Assembly (NCBI GenBank): GCA_016928995.1
Contig: JAFGJS010000037.1
Coordinates: 5,895 to 69,894, forward strand
Origin: Candidatus Sumerlaeota bacterium
Lineage (GTDB): Bacteria; Sumerlaeota; Sumerlaeia; JAFGJS01
Direction of reading: 5' to 3'
Length of the DNA stretch: 64,000 nt
The notes beneath the pieces were generated by a model. That model saw only the letters and a program-made list of their open reading frames with translations. It made no database searches and was not told the DNA's origin. Shown one piece after another: positions 11,600 through 21,999 of the stretch (positions are counted from its first letter, which is position 1; each line of letters starts with the position of its first letter). Made by a program: the position numbers and the translations under genes.

Positions 11600-12541
11600 A
11601 TGCTCATGAACTTCCTGCTTCTATTCACGGGATTCGTCCTGCTCTATTTTGGAGCCGAAGGACTCGTTCGCGGCAGTTCATCGCTCGCCTCCCGGCTTGG
11701 CATGAGCGCTCTTGTCATTGGACTCACGATCGTTGCGTATGGAACCAGTATGCCTGAGATGGTTGTCAGCGTGAAAACCTCTCTCAACGGCCAAGGCAGC
11801 ATCGCCATTGGCAATGTCGTCGGCTCCAACATCTTCAACATCGCTGTGATTCTCGGTATCACAGCCCTGATCCATCCTCTTAAAGTCAAACTCCAAATCA
11901 TCAAATACGACACCCCGATTATGATCGGGACTACAATCATCTTCCTTTTTTTCTTCGCCGACTCCTTCATTTCGCGGCTCGAGGGCGCGATATTCTTCAC
12001 TGGAATTGTTATCTATACAGCAGTCAACCTGATTATGGCAAAAAAAGATCCGTCACAAATCGGCGAGACCGACACTGGCAATGCTAAACTGAACTCGCTT
12101 GCCGCAGAAATCTCTTTTATTGCTGGCGGAATGCTGCTTCTTGTCCTTGGATCCAAATGGCTTGTCGATGGCGCCATCGGCGTCGCTCAACACTTTGGAA
12201 TCAGCGAAGCCATCATCGGCCTCACCATTATCGCCGCAGGCACCAGCCTCCCCGAACTCGCCACTTCCGTCATCGCCGCAATACGCAAAGAGCCCGACAT
12301 CGCCATCGCTAACATCATTGGCTCCAATATTTTCAACATTCTCAGTATCGTCGGAACTTCCGCACTTATCTCGCCAATCGATGGAACCGGCATTAGCGTC
12401 ATCGACTCTCTGGTTATGCTAGCGGTTTCACTCATGCTCCTCCCGCTCCTACGCTCTGGATACAACCTTGGCCGCATCGAAGGATTCTGCTTGCTTGCAG
12501 GATATATTGCCTATCTGGCTTATCTCATCCTTTATATTTGA
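11600..12541 (+). CDS. Calcium/sodium antiporter (CaCA, YrbG-like)
   Basis: Two alpha repeats, GTSMPE...GNVVGSNIFN and GTSLPE...ANIIGSNIFN; highly hydrophobic. Confidence 0.93.
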   Translation: MLMNFLLLFTGFVLLYFGAEGLVRGSSSLASRLGMSALVIGLTIVAYGTSMPEMVVSVKTSLNGQGSIAIGNVVGSNIFNIAVILGITALIHPLKVKLQIIKYDTPIMIGTTIIFLFFFADSFISRLEGAIFFTGIVIYTAVNLIMAKKDPSQIGETDTGNAKLNSLAAEISFIAGGMLLLVLGSKWLVDGAIGVAQHFGISEAIIGLTIIAAGTSLPELATSVIAAIRKEPDIAIANIIGSNIFNILSIVGTSALISPIDGTGISVIDSLVMLAVSLMLLPLLRSGYNLGRIEGFCLLAGYIAYLAYLILYI

Positions 12542-12753
12542 TTTTCACCACACCCGGATTTTGGATCATAACGACACGGATTGATGCGGCAACGGGTAAT
12601 CGTGGCACACATCACGAATCTTCTTGCTTCATTCAATCTAAAAACAGACATCAATTCATCTGAATTCAAGTAATTCTGTGAAAAACAATTTCTTGCAGAA
12701 TTGGTCCGTAATTTGCATGTTTTTTGTCCGACAGATTGGCTGGAGGAATTCAA

Positions 12754-13623
12754 ATGATTACAACTGGCAATTACATAAAAACGACGTTGCTGATGGTGGG
12801 CTTGATGGCGCTGTTTGGCCTGTTCGGCTATTTGCTGGGCGGACAGAGCGGGCTGATCGTCGCGCTGATCTTCGCGACCGTGACGAATTTTTTCAGCTAT
12901 TGGTTCTCGGATTCCATCTTGCTGAAGATGTATCGCGCGCAGCCGGTGAACGAGCGGCAGGAACCGCGATTGCATGCCATCGTCCGGCGGCTATGCGGCA
13001 ACGCCGGTCTGCCCATGCCGAAGCTTTACATCTTGCCGGAGGAGGCGCCGAACGCCTTCGCCACGGGGCGCAATCCACGGCACTCGGCCGTGGCCGTGAC
13101 GCAGGGACTGTTGCGGATGATGAACGACCGCGAAATTGAGGGCGTGGTGGCGCATGAGTTGGCGCACATCAAGAATCGCGATATCCTGATCGGCACGATC
13201 GCCGCCACCTTTGCCGGAGCGATCATGATGCTGGCGAATATCGCGCAGTGGTCGATGTTCTTCGGCGGTTTTGGCGGAGACCGGCGCGACAACAATCCGC
13301 TGGCGCTGATTGGTTTGATCCTTTCGATCATCCTGATGCCATTTGCCGCAATACTGGTGCAGGCGGCGATCTCGCGCAGCCGCGAGTATGGCGCGGACGC
13401 CACGGGCGCGCGTTTCGCCGGAAGTCCGGATGGATTGGCCAGCGCCCTGCGGAAACTCGGCGCGTATTCCGGCCGCATCCCGTTGGAGGCCAACGCGGCC
13501 ACGGCGCACATGTTCATCGTCAAGCCGCTTTCCCGTCGCCACGCGCGCCAGGCCATGCTGAGCATGAGCACCCATCCGCCGCTTGAAGATCGCATCCGCC
13601 GTTTGCGCGAGATGCGTTTCTAA
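12754..13623 (+). CDS. htpX: Zinc metalloprotease HtpX (M48)
   Basis: PNAFATG, HELAH, SRSREYGAD, STHPP; ATG at 12754 after GGAGG. Confidence 0.95.
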   Translation: MITTGNYIKTTLLMVGLMALFGLFGYLLGGQSGLIVALIFATVTNFFSYWFSDSILLKMYRAQPVNERQEPRLHAIVRRLCGNAGLPMPKLYILPEEAPNAFATGRNPRHSAVAVTQGLLRMMNDREIEGVVAHELAHIKNRDILIGTIAATFAGAIMMLANIAQWSMFFGGFGGDRRDNNPLALIGLILSIILMPFAAILVQAAISRSREYGADATGARFAGSPDGLASALRKLGAYSGRIPLEANAATAHMFIVKPLSRRHARQAMLSMSTHPPLEDRIRRLREMRF

Positions 13624-13643
13624 TCAAATAAGCTGACGAGGCC

Positions 13644-14648
13644 ATGGCCACAAACGAGCAACGGCGGGATTGGATCCGGATTTCCCTCTGCGACGGAGTG
13701 CGTCCGGAAACCTGGCTGTATGCGCTGGAAACCGCCAAGGCCGCGGATGTGGATCCGCACGAATTCCTGACGTTGAGCCATTTGCAACGCGAACGGACCT
13801 TCCACACGCCCGAGGGCTTGGAGCGTGCGCTGCAGCAGCATCCCGGCGACACCAAACGCATCGATCAGCTGCTCGATGCGCTCGACCGGCATGATATATG
13901 GATGATTCCGGCGTGGGATGAGCATTACCCGGACGTTGTGCGGCAGTGCATGGGCGCGCAGGCGCCGCCGGTGCTTTACTGCTGGGGCGACCGGCGTATT
14001 CTGTCGCGCGCCGCGCTGGCGATGGTCGGCGCAAGCGAGGCTTCCGCCTCCGGCCTTACGGCCGCGCAGGCCTATGCCGAGGCGGTTGCGGCGCGGAAGA
14101 TCGCCGTGGTCAGCGGACTGGCGCGCGGCATTGACACCGCCTCGCATCAAGGCGCCCTGGCGGCGGACGAAGGCGCCACGATCGCCGTGTTGCCGCATGG
14201 CATCCTGCGGCTGGCCTGGCCGGATGAACTGGCGGGCGATGCGGATCCGAGCCGTGTGCTGGCGGTCTCCTCCTGGCCGCCGGACCATGGATGGGAAAGC
14301 CGCTACGCCGTTGAGCGGAACAAGCTGATCGTGGCGCTCAGCGACGGCGTATTCGCCGTGGAAACCGGATTGACCGGCGGAACGACGTATTCCGTCCGCG
14401 AGGCCAGGCGCACGCACAAACCGCTGATGACCTTGGAATACGCTAAGGGTGAAACGCCGCCGTCCGCCGTTGGCAATCACAGCCTGCGCGCCTTGGGCGC
14501 GCGAATGCTGCCAGTGATACAGCATGCTGCGGAGGCGCCGCTGCAAGGCCTGCTGGAAGACGTGGACCGGCAATATAAATGCCGCAAATCCGGCGTGCCA
14601 TGGGGCGACAGCGGCAGAGCAGATGACGCTCAAGGCGAACTTTTCTGA
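13644..14648 (+). CDS. DprA/Smf-like (SLOG) DNA-processing protein
   Basis: YP...APPVLY.WG, VVSGLARGIDTASHQGAL, RNKLIVALSDGVFAVE. Confidence 0.82.
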   Translation: MATNEQRRDWIRISLCDGVRPETWLYALETAKAADVDPHEFLTLSHLQRERTFHTPEGLERALQQHPGDTKRIDQLLDALDRHDIWMIPAWDEHYPDVVRQCMGAQAPPVLYCWGDRRILSRAALAMVGASEASASGLTAAQAYAEAVAARKIAVVSGLARGIDTASHQGALAADEGATIAVLPHGILRLAWPDELAGDADPSRVLAVSSWPPDHGWESRYAVERNKLIVALSDGVFAVETGLTGGTTYSVREARRTHKPLMTLEYAKGETPPSAVGNHSLRALGARMLPVIQHAAEAPLQGLLEDVDRQYKCRKSGVPWGDSGRADDAQGELF

Positions 14649-14850
14649 TCCTCTCACGCATGATAAACGCCGGAATCTGTCCTCGAAGGCCGTAAATTTA
14701 CCCTCAAAACGCAAAAAGCGCCGATTTTTGCGAATTTATACTTGAAGATTGGAAAATTCTCGCGTTTATTTCGCGGACTCGTTATGTGGCGATTCCCGCG
14801 AGTGTTTATTTTGATTAAACTACGAGTCTGCTTTTCGAGGTTAATGCTAA

Positions 14851-16992
14851 ATGCTCTCCTTAATGCGAAATCCCAAGTTTGTCCGGCGCGTCATGATCTG
14901 GGTTTTGTTGCTGGTGATTCCATCCTTCGTCGCTTTTTACGGCATCAGTTCATTGGCCGGTGGACCAGGCGGCGGCGTCGCTCCGTACATCGCCAAGGTC
15001 AAACTCAACCGCGGCGATCTTTTCTCCGAGGAAATTCCATTGCGTAATTATGAGATTGCGCGCGGCGAGGTTGAGAATTGGCTTGGAAATTCCCTGGGTT
15101 CAAGGCGGATGAGCGAGAGCGAACTGAAAAAATACGCGCGCTATATCGGTCCGCAAACCCATGCGCGTCAGGCGATCAATGACTTTTACGTGCGTAAGCA
15201 ATATGCAGAGCAAGGCATCACCGGCACGGTAGAGCAGCTTCGCGTCTACAATCAGGAGATGTTCAACGCCATTCAACAACAGCAGCGCGACATGTATGAA
15301 CGCCAGCAGGCGATGATTGCAATGGGACAACCGATACCGCAAAACCAATTGTTGCGCTCGCCGGAATTCACGAAGGATGATTTTCGCAACGTCATATCCC
15401 GGCAATATCAACGGCAAGGCGGATGGCGGGGATATGAATACGACATGATTTACAACGTGCTGCCGCGCAAACTTTATGATCAGCTGGCCGAAAGCAATGT
15501 GCGGGCGTCGCGGACGGATTTCTGGCGGCAATACGTCAAGAGCACGCAAGGACTCAAATTGGAATATGTGAATTTTATTGGCGACGACTTCGCCGATCAG
15601 GTCCAGGTTACCACGGATTCGCTCAAGCAATATTATGAAGAGCACCAGGAAGACTATCGCGTCGGCGAGCAAGCGCGCTATGAATACGTCTGCGTGACGC
15701 AGGACGCTCTGAAAAGCAGCATCGAAATTTCGGATGACGAAATTCAGAAAGTCTATGACCAGGGCAAGCAGCCTGGAGGGAAATATTGGCAAAACGGCGA
15801 GGTGTCCGCCAGCCACATCATGCTGACATTGCCCGAGGATGATACGGATACGGCCTCCATGGAGCAGGTGAAGGCGAGGATCGATGAGATTTACGAGAAA
15901 GTGACCTCCAGCACGTTCGCTCAACTGGCCAATGAATATAGCGAAGATCCGATGAACAGTCTCGATGAAAAGAAGATGGACGGCGTCATCTTCCGTCCGA
16001 TTTCCGCCAAGAGCCAGCCTTTCGGCGATGCGTTCAACAAGGCTGCGATGGCGCTGAAAACCGGCGAATGGTCCAAGCCGGTCCAATCGAAAAAAGGATG
16101 GCACATCATTCTGTCGCGGAGAACAACTCCGGATGGCCCCAAACCGCTGGATAACGGCATGAGGGAAGACATCCGCTTCACGCTGAAAGAGGAGCGCGTC
16201 GGAACCATATTCAAAGATAAACAGTATGAGCTGGCGCATAATTGGGATTTGGTCAGCAACCTGGAGGCCTTGGCCAAGGAGATGAATCTGAAGGTGATCA
16301 CGACGGATTGGGGCATGCTCGCGCCGCGCCATCTTTCTGATGCGGCAGAGCCGATGGACTTCAATCCGATGACTTCGATTAATCTCACGAATGAGCACCG
16401 CAAAGAACTGGCCGAGCTCAACGCCGGCGTCACGACAAGCAAACCGCTGATCGGCGATAAGTTCGCTGCGATCGTGCGCTTGAAAGAGTTGCGCGAGCCC
16501 TTCATTCCGCCCTTTGCTGACATCCAGGAAGATGTCGAGCAGGAATACCGGACTCAGCTCGCGGCCGAACTTGCCAGCAAGGCTGCGGAGGAGTTTTTAG
16601 CCGCGGTGACGCAAGACTCCGACCAGTTCAGCAGCAAGGCGGCGGAAATGGAATATGAGGTCGAGCAAATCACCGATGAACTGCCGCGCGATGAACTCGC
16701 CTCCGCGATCTACGGCATTGAGGGATTCGCCGATGACTCTTATGACGCGACGACCGGCACGGTCGGCCTGAATCCGATTACGCGAATGGACGATCCCGCC
16801 GGCGCTTGCGTGTGGCGAGTCAGCGGCGTCGGCTCTGTGGATCGGGATCTGTTCGAGAACCAGTTTTCATTAATGGCGCTGAATTACGCGTTCAACCTTT
16901 CGCCTGTTTTGAACCGCGAGCATCTTGCGGACGAGCGCGCGAAAATGAAGATCGAACTCAACGAGGAATACCTGGGGCTGCGGGAAGAGTAA
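14851..16992 (+). CDS. PpiD/SurA-like membrane-anchored peptidyl-prolyl isomerase/chaperone
   Basis: MLSLMR start plus N-terminal TM; parvulin motifs ASHIML, FAQLANEYSED, SKPVQSKKGWHII. Confidence 0.85.
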   Translation: MLSLMRNPKFVRRVMIWVLLLVIPSFVAFYGISSLAGGPGGGVAPYIAKVKLNRGDLFSEEIPLRNYEIARGEVENWLGNSLGSRRMSESELKKYARYIGPQTHARQAINDFYVRKQYAEQGITGTVEQLRVYNQEMFNAIQQQQRDMYERQQAMIAMGQPIPQNQLLRSPEFTKDDFRNVISRQYQRQGGWRGYEYDMIYNVLPRKLYDQLAESNVRASRTDFWRQYVKSTQGLKLEYVNFIGDDFADQVQVTTDSLKQYYEEHQEDYRVGEQARYEYVCVTQDALKSSIEISDDEIQKVYDQGKQPGGKYWQNGEVSASHIMLTLPEDDTDTASMEQVKARIDEIYEKVTSSTFAQLANEYSEDPMNSLDEKKMDGVIFRPISAKSQPFGDAFNKAAMALKTGEWSKPVQSKKGWHIILSRRTTPDGPKPLDNGMREDIRFTLKEERVGTIFKDKQYELAHNWDLVSNLEALAKEMNLKVITTDWGMLAPRHLSDAAEPMDFNPMTSINLTNEHRKELAELNAGVTTSKPLIGDKFAAIVRLKELREPFIPPFADIQEDVEQEYRTQLAAELASKAAEEFLAAVTQDSDQFSSKAAEMEYEVEQITDELPRDELASAIYGIEGFADDSYDATTGTVGLNPITRMDDPAGACVWRVSGVGSVDRDLFENQFSLMALNYAFNLSPVLNREHLADERAKMKIELNEEYLGLREE

Positions 16993-17033
16993 ACCGGCTG
17001 CAAGACCGGTTTCATCGAAATAATTCCATATTC

Positions 17034-17072
17034 ATCCGCGCCGGACAAACGCTCCGGCGCGGATTTTGTTTT
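17034..17072. terminator. Hairpin between convergent ppiD-like and dxr genes
   Basis: ATCCGCGCCGGA/TCCGGCGCGGAT followed by TTTGTTTT. Confidence 0.8.
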
Positions 17073-17084
17073 GCGGCGTTTGGG

Positions 17085-18242
17085 TTAAATGCTTGCGCAC
17101 GCGCCGCGAACGGCGGCGTCGGCGGCGATGATGTCCTGCAGCGTGGGATTGGCGATGGGCTGGTGGGCGTCCATGGCGCGTTCGATGCCGGCGGCGATGT
17201 CGAGGAAGCCGATTTTCCCCTCCAGGAATTTCTGCACGGCGATTTCTCCGGCGGCGTTGAGCACGGCCGGGAGCGTGCCGCCTGTGCGCACGGCGCGATA
17301 GGCCAGCGCCAGGCAGCGGAAGGTTTCCGTGTCCGGCGCGGCGAATTCCAGCTGGGAGAGCTGCGTCCAATCCAGACTGGGCACATGCGTCGCGCAGCGT
17401 TCAGGCCAGGTGAGGCAGTACTGGATTGGCAGCCGCATGTCCGCCGGGCCGATTTGCGCCAGGATCGAGCCGTCGATGAATTCGACCATCGAGTGGCACA
17501 GGCTCTGCGGATGCACCAGCACGTCGATGCGGTCCGGATCGATGCCATAAAGATGATGCGCTTCGATCACCTCAAGCCCCTTGTTCAACAGCGTGGCGGA
17601 GTCGATGGTGACTTTCGGCCCCATGTCCCAGGTCGGATGCTTCAGCGCTTGTTCGACGCTGACCTCGGCCAGCTGCTCGCGGGTCCAGCCGCGAAACGGT
17701 CCGCCGGACGCCGTGAGGATCAAGCGTTTCACGCGATCCGGTTTTGCGTCGCCGAGACATTGGAACAGGGCGTTGTGTTCGCTGTCGACGGGCAGGATCG
17801 GCACGCCGCGCGTCCGGGCGGCGGGCATCACGATTTCGCCCGCGGCCACGAGCACTTCCTTGTTGGCCAGCGCGATGGTCATGCCGCGCTCAATGGCCGC
17901 CAGGGTCGGCTCGACGCCCGCGAATCCGACGGTGGCCACGACAACAAGGTCGGCGTCGATGCGTTCGATCAAGCGCGTGAGGGCGCCTGCGCCGAACTCC
18001 GGCTCCGCGCCCAGCGCGCGGAATTTAGCGGCGTAGGCCTCTTCATGCGAAGCATCGGATAGCGCCACGGCCTTGGGGCGATGCTGCGCGCATTGCCGGA
18101 GCAGCGCCTCGGCGTTGCCGCAGGCCGCCAGGGCGGCGGTTTCGAAGCGTTCGGGCATCTGCGCGATCACGTCGAGCGTTTGCACGCCGATCGAACCGGT
18201 GGAACCAAGCACGGCGATGCGTTTTCGGGCCGCGGGAGTCAC
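17085..18242 (-). CDS. dxr: 1-deoxy-D-xylulose 5-phosphate reductoisomerase
   Basis: LGSTGSIG, LANKE, PVDSEH, TASGGPF, HPTWDMGPKVTIDSAT, NKGLE. Confidence 0.98.
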   Translation of the reverse strand: MTPAARKRIAVLGSTGSIGVQTLDVIAQMPERFETAALAACGNAEALLRQCAQHRPKAVALSDASHEEAYAAKFRALGAEPEFGAGALTRLIERIDADLVVVATVGFAGVEPTLAAIERGMTIALANKEVLVAAGEIVMPAARTRGVPILPVDSEHNALFQCLGDAKPDRVKRLILTASGGPFRGWTREQLAEVSVEQALKHPTWDMGPKVTIDSATLLNKGLEVIEAHHLYGIDPDRIDVLVHPQSLCHSMVEFIDGSILAQIGPADMRLPIQYCLTWPERCATHVPSLDWTQLSQLEFAAPDTETFRCLALAYRAVRTGGTLPAVLNAAGEIAVQKFLEGKIGFLDIAAGIERAMDAHQPIANPTLQDIIAADAAVRGACASI

Positions 18243-19066
18243 CAGACCAGGTCCTTCCAGGTGAGGATCAGGTAAATGAAGAGAATCGGAGCGCAGACCA
18301 GCAGGCTATCAATGACGTCGAGCATGCCGCCCATGCCGGGAATGATGATCCCGCTGTCCTTGATTCCGGCGTCGCGTTTGAGCGCGGATTCCACCAGGTC
18401 GCCGGCTTGGCCCACGACGCTGAACAGCAGTCCGAGCAGCAACGCGTGCGACAGGGGAAAGACGACGTTCATGCCGGGTGCGAACAATGAAAGCAGCGCC
18501 GCCGCGAGCAACGAGAGCGACACGCCGCCCAGCGCGCCTTCAATGGTCTTGCCCGGGCTGAGCCGTGGCGAGAGCTTATGCTTGCCGCAAATGCGGCCGA
18601 TGGCGTAGGCGCCGGTGTCGGAGGACCAGCTGACGATCAGCATGAACACCACGCTGCGCAGTGCGATTTCAGCTTGCGCCAGAATTACGAGCACGAAGGC
18701 CATGGGCAGGCTGACATAGACATAACCGAAGACGGCCGCGCCGATTTCAGCCGTGAAGTTCTCGTGTCCCGCGCGGTTCATTTGCAGCAAGGCCGTCAGG
18801 ATCACGGCGATGGAGAGCAGCACGGGGAAGAGCTCGAAGAGATTCTCGCCGGCCACAAGCAACACGGCCATGCTGAAGATCAGCCCGAAGACCCGCGGCG
18901 GATGCAGCCCGCGTGAACGGCACATGGTGAAGTATTCCCAGGAGCCGGTGAGCGTGGCGAAGACGATGAAGACGGGAAAAAGGACGCGTCCGAATTCGGG
19001 AATCAGCATTCCGAGGATGAACAGCGCGAAAAATACAGCGGTGGTGAGCAGTCTGAGCGCCAGCAT
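18239..19066 (-). CDS. cdsA: Phosphatidate cytidylyltransferase
   Basis: SPGKTIEG, GDLVESALKRDAGIKDSG, GGMLDVIDS. Confidence 0.96.
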   Translation of the reverse strand: MLALRLLTTAVFFALFILGMLIPEFGRVLFPVFIVFATLTGSWEYFTMCRSRGLHPPRVFGLIFSMAVLLVAGENLFELFPVLLSIAVILTALLQMNRAGHENFTAEIGAAVFGYVYVSLPMAFVLVILAQAEIALRSVVFMLIVSWSSDTGAYAIGRICGKHKLSPRLSPGKTIEGALGGVSLSLLAAALLSLFAPGMNVVFPLSHALLLGLLFSVVGQAGDLVESALKRDAGIKDSGIIIPGMGGMLDVIDSLLVCAPILFIYLILTWKDLVW

Positions 19067-19072
19067 TCGCGG

Positions 19073-19852
19073 TTACACGCCCCCAAATCTACGATCGCGC
19101 CGCTGGTAGTCAAGCAGCGCGGCCAGCAGGTGGATTTTGCGGAATTCGGGCCAGAGCACCGGCGTGATGTGGAATTCGCTGTAAGCCGACTGCCAGATCA
19201 TGAAGTTGCTCACGCGAAATTCGTCGCTGGTGCGGATGATCAGGTCCGGATCGCCCAGTTCGGGCCGGTACATGTTGCGGCTCAGGGTGTCTTCGTCGAT
19301 TTCGTCCGGCTTGAGCGCGCCCACGGCGATCTCGCGGGCGATTTTGCGCACGGCCTCGACGATCTCATAGCGGCCGCCGTAGCTTAGCGCAAGGTTGAGG
19401 ATCATGCCCGTATTGCCCGCCGTGGCCTGCATGGTGTGCGCCAGGGCCTTCTGGCAGCCGGCTGGCAGATCCTGAATGGCGCCGCAGGCCGTCAGCCGCA
19501 CGTTGTTGCTGTTGAGTTCGTCGACCTCATTATACAGGAAGCGCTCCAGCAACGCCATCAACGCGTCGATCTCGCGCTGCGGCCGGCTCCAGTTTTCCTT
19601 GGAGAAGGCGTAGAGCGAAAGCGCCTGCAAGCCGAGCTCGCCGCAGGCGCGAGTGATTTCGCGCACGGAGTCGATGCCCGCTTCGTGGCCGCGGATGCGC
19701 TCCATGAAGCCCTGACGGCGCGCCCAGCGTCCATTGCCGTCCATGATGATGCCGACGTGCCGGGGCATGCGCGACGGATCCAACTGGGCCTCAATTTCCT
19801 CGGCCGACATGCCATTCCATGCCGGCGTCGATGTGGCGGGTTTAATGCTCAT
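19073..19852 (-). CDS. uppS: Undecaprenyl diphosphate synthase
   Basis: HVGIIMDGNGRWA, YAFSKENWSRP, SYGGR, DLIIRTS. Confidence 0.97.
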   Translation of the reverse strand: MSIKPATSTPAWNGMSAEEIEAQLDPSRMPRHVGIIMDGNGRWARRQGFMERIRGHEAGIDSVREITRACGELGLQALSLYAFSKENWSRPQREIDALMALLERFLYNEVDELNSNNVRLTACGAIQDLPAGCQKALAHTMQATAGNTGMILNLALSYGGRYEIVEAVRKIAREIAVGALKPDEIDEDTLSRNMYRPELGDPDLIIRTSDEFRVSNFMIWQSAYSEFHITPVLWPEFRKIHLLAALLDYQRRDRRFGGV

Positions 19853-19894
19853 TGCGATACCTAAATTGTCCCAACTTCCAGCAATCGTTTTCTA

Positions 19895-19976
19895 TCGTCC
19901 TCGTTCTCGTTCTCGTTCTCGAAAAACAGGATGGTATGAGTAAATAATTCGAGAACGAGAACGAGGACGAGAACGA
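19895..19976. repeat. Inverted hexamer-repeat hairpin (TCGTTC)n...(GAACGA)n, 29-nt arms
   Basis: Left arm TCGTCCTCGTTCTCGTTCTCGTTCTCGAA (19895-19923), right arm TTCGAGAACGAGAACGAGGACGAGAACGA (19948-19976). Confidence 0.9.
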
Positions 19977-20011
19977 CTTCGAACGGCGGACTAAGGTCCG
20001 CCCCGGCGTAA

Positions 20012-20569
20012 TCAGACCTTCAGCAGCTCCGCTTCCTTGTCGGCTAGTTTCGCGTCCACTTTCTTGATGTGGTTGTCGGTCATTTCCTGGATCTTATCCA
20101 GGGCCACGGACATTTCGTCGTCCGAAATGTTTTTGTCTTTGTTCAGTTTCTTGACGTGGTCATTGGAATGCCGCCGCACGTTGCGCACGGCCACGCGCTG
20201 CTCTTCGGCCATGTGGTGCGCCTGTTTCACGAGTTCCTTGCGGGTTTCCTCGGTGAGCGGCGGGATGTTCAGCCGGATGACCTTGCCGTCATTGTTCGGC
20301 GTCAAGCCGATGTTCGCCGCCAGGATCGCGCGTTCGATGGCGCCCAGCACGTTTTTGTCCCACGGCTGAACGAGGATCGTATGGGCGTCCGGCGTGGTGA
20401 TGGTGGCGATGGCTTTGACCGGCTGCTCCGTTCCGTACGCCTCCACATGCACGGTGTCGAGCACGGTGGTCGTGGCGCGGCCCGTGCGCAGACTGTTGAA
20501 GTCGCGGTCGAGCGTGGTCATTGCGCCGTCCATTTTCTCTTTGGTTTCCTTGTACAGTGCTTCCAGCAT
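20012..20569 (-). CDS. frr: Ribosome recycling factor
   Basis: LRTGRA, IPPLTEETRKELVK, RVAVRNVRR; start at 20569. Confidence 0.97.
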   Translation of the reverse strand: MLEALYKETKEKMDGAMTTLDRDFNSLRTGRATTTVLDTVHVEAYGTEQPVKAIATITTPDAHTILVQPWDKNVLGAIERAILAANIGLTPNNDGKVIRLNIPPLTEETRKELVKQAHHMAEEQRVAVRNVRRHSNDHVKKLNKDKNISDDEMSVALDKIQEMTDNHIKKVDAKLADKEAELLKV

Positions 20570-20573
20570 GGTT

Positions 20574-21305
20574 TTATCCTCCGACGTAGGTGCCGATCGC
20601 TTCACCGGCGATAGCGCGTTCGATGCCGCCGGCTTGCGTCAGGTTGAAGACAATTATGGGGATTTTGTTGCTTTGGCACAACTCAAAAGCGGTCATGTCC
20701 ATCACGCCAAGGCGTTTATTCAGACATTGGGCGTAGCTGAGCCGCTCGAAGCGTTTGGCCTTGGGATTCTTGCTCGGATCTTCGGAATAGACGCCGTCCA
20801 CGTTGGTGGCCTTGAGCAGCAGGTCCGCGCCGATTTCCGCGGCGCGCAGGGCGGCGGCGGTATCCGTGGTGAAGTGCGGATTGCCCGTGCCGCCGGCGAA
20901 AATCAACGTGGCGCCTTGAGCGAAGAGTTCCTCAGCGCGCCGTACAGAGAAACGGTCCATGATCTTGGGCATTTCGATGGCGCTGAGCGCTTCGGCCTTG
21001 AGTCCGGCGTGGCGCAGGAAATCGCGAAAGGCGAGGGCGTTCATCGCGGTGGCCAGCATGCCGATATCGTCGCCGGTGGTTCGGGCGATGGGAGCGAGCT
21101 CATTGCGCGCGCCGCGAAAGAAATTGCCGCCGCCGATGACAATGCCGAGCTGCGCGTCGAGCGCGGCGGCGCGGGCGATCTCCTTGGCCACGCGTCGCAG
21201 CACCGCGCCGTCCAGCCCTGAAGCGCGACGCCCGCCAAACACCTCGCCGCTGAGTTTTAAAACGATGCGGCGGTAAGCAGGTTGTTTGGCGGGCTGATTG
21301 GTCAT
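20574..21305 (-). CDS. pyrH: UMP kinase
   Basis: LKLSGE, GGGNFFRG, GMLATAMN, GTGNPHFTTDTAAALRA. Confidence 0.98.
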   Translation of the reverse strand: MTNQPAKQPAYRRIVLKLSGEVFGGRRASGLDGAVLRRVAKEIARAAALDAQLGIVIGGGNFFRGARNELAPIARTTGDDIGMLATAMNALAFRDFLRHAGLKAEALSAIEMPKIMDRFSVRRAEELFAQGATLIFAGGTGNPHFTTDTAAALRAAEIGADLLLKATNVDGVYSEDPSKNPKAKRFERLSYAQCLNKRLGVMDMTAFELCQSNKIPIIVFNLTQAGGIERAIAGEAIGTYVGG

Positions 21306-21405
21306 CCGTTAGACTCGCTTCCTATCAGGCGGGCCTAAGCCCGCAATGTTGTTTGAGATCCGGATGATCGCGGCGAGCTGCGGCTCGCTTCACGAGTTTG
21401 GCGGT

Positions 21406-21999
21406 TTATTCGCCCACGCTCCAACGCGCGAAGCGTTTGATCGTGATGTTCTCGCCGAATTTGGCCACGCATTCCGTGACCAGCTGCTGGATCGTTTTGT
21501 CCGGATCTTTGACGAATGCTTGTTCCAGCAGACAGACTTCTTGATAGAATTTTTTAACGCGCCCCTCAATGATTTTTTCAACGATTTTTTCCGGCTTGCC
21601 TTCGCTGAGCGCCTGAGTGCGGAAGATTTCCTTTTCGCTTACCAATTTGGCGGGGTCCACGTCTTCGCTGCTGACGTACTGCGGGGCGGCGGCGGCGATG
21701 TGCATCGCCACGTCGTGGCAGAGCTGTTTGAAATCTTCATGCTTGGCCACGAAGTCGCTCTCGCTGGAAATCTGCACCATCACGCCGATCTTGCCTGGAG
21801 GGTGGATGTAGGCGTGGATCAGGCCCTCGTCGGACGAACGGGACGATTTTTTATCCGCGATCTGCTGGCCGCGTTCGCGCAGCCATTTGATCGACGCTTC
21901 CATGTCGCCGTTGGCTTGTTCCAGGGCTTTTTTGCAATCGCCGATGCCCGCGCCGGTCTTGGCGCGCAGCTCCTTCACTTGTTCGATGCCAATTGCCAT
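21406..21999 (-). CDS. tsf: Elongation factor Ts (short form)
   Basis: VKELRAKTGAGIGDCKKAL, ESDFVA, AMHIAA; between rpsB and pyrH. Confidence 0.97.
   Translation of the reverse strand: MAIGIEQVKELRAKTGAGIGDCKKALEQANGDMEASIKWLRERGQQIADKKSSRSSDEGLIHAYIHPPGKIGVMVQISSESDFVAKHEDFKQLCHDVAMHIAAAAPQYVSSEDVDPAKLVSEKEIFRTQALSEGKPEKIVEKIIEGRVKKFYQEVCLLEQAFVKDPDKTIQQLVTECVAKFGENITIKRFARWSVGE

Noticed and set aside
12545-12720. CACGGAT-like repeats and compositional shift around the Ca/Na antiporter
   Set aside because: Only two degenerate units and no inverted partner; too weak to call
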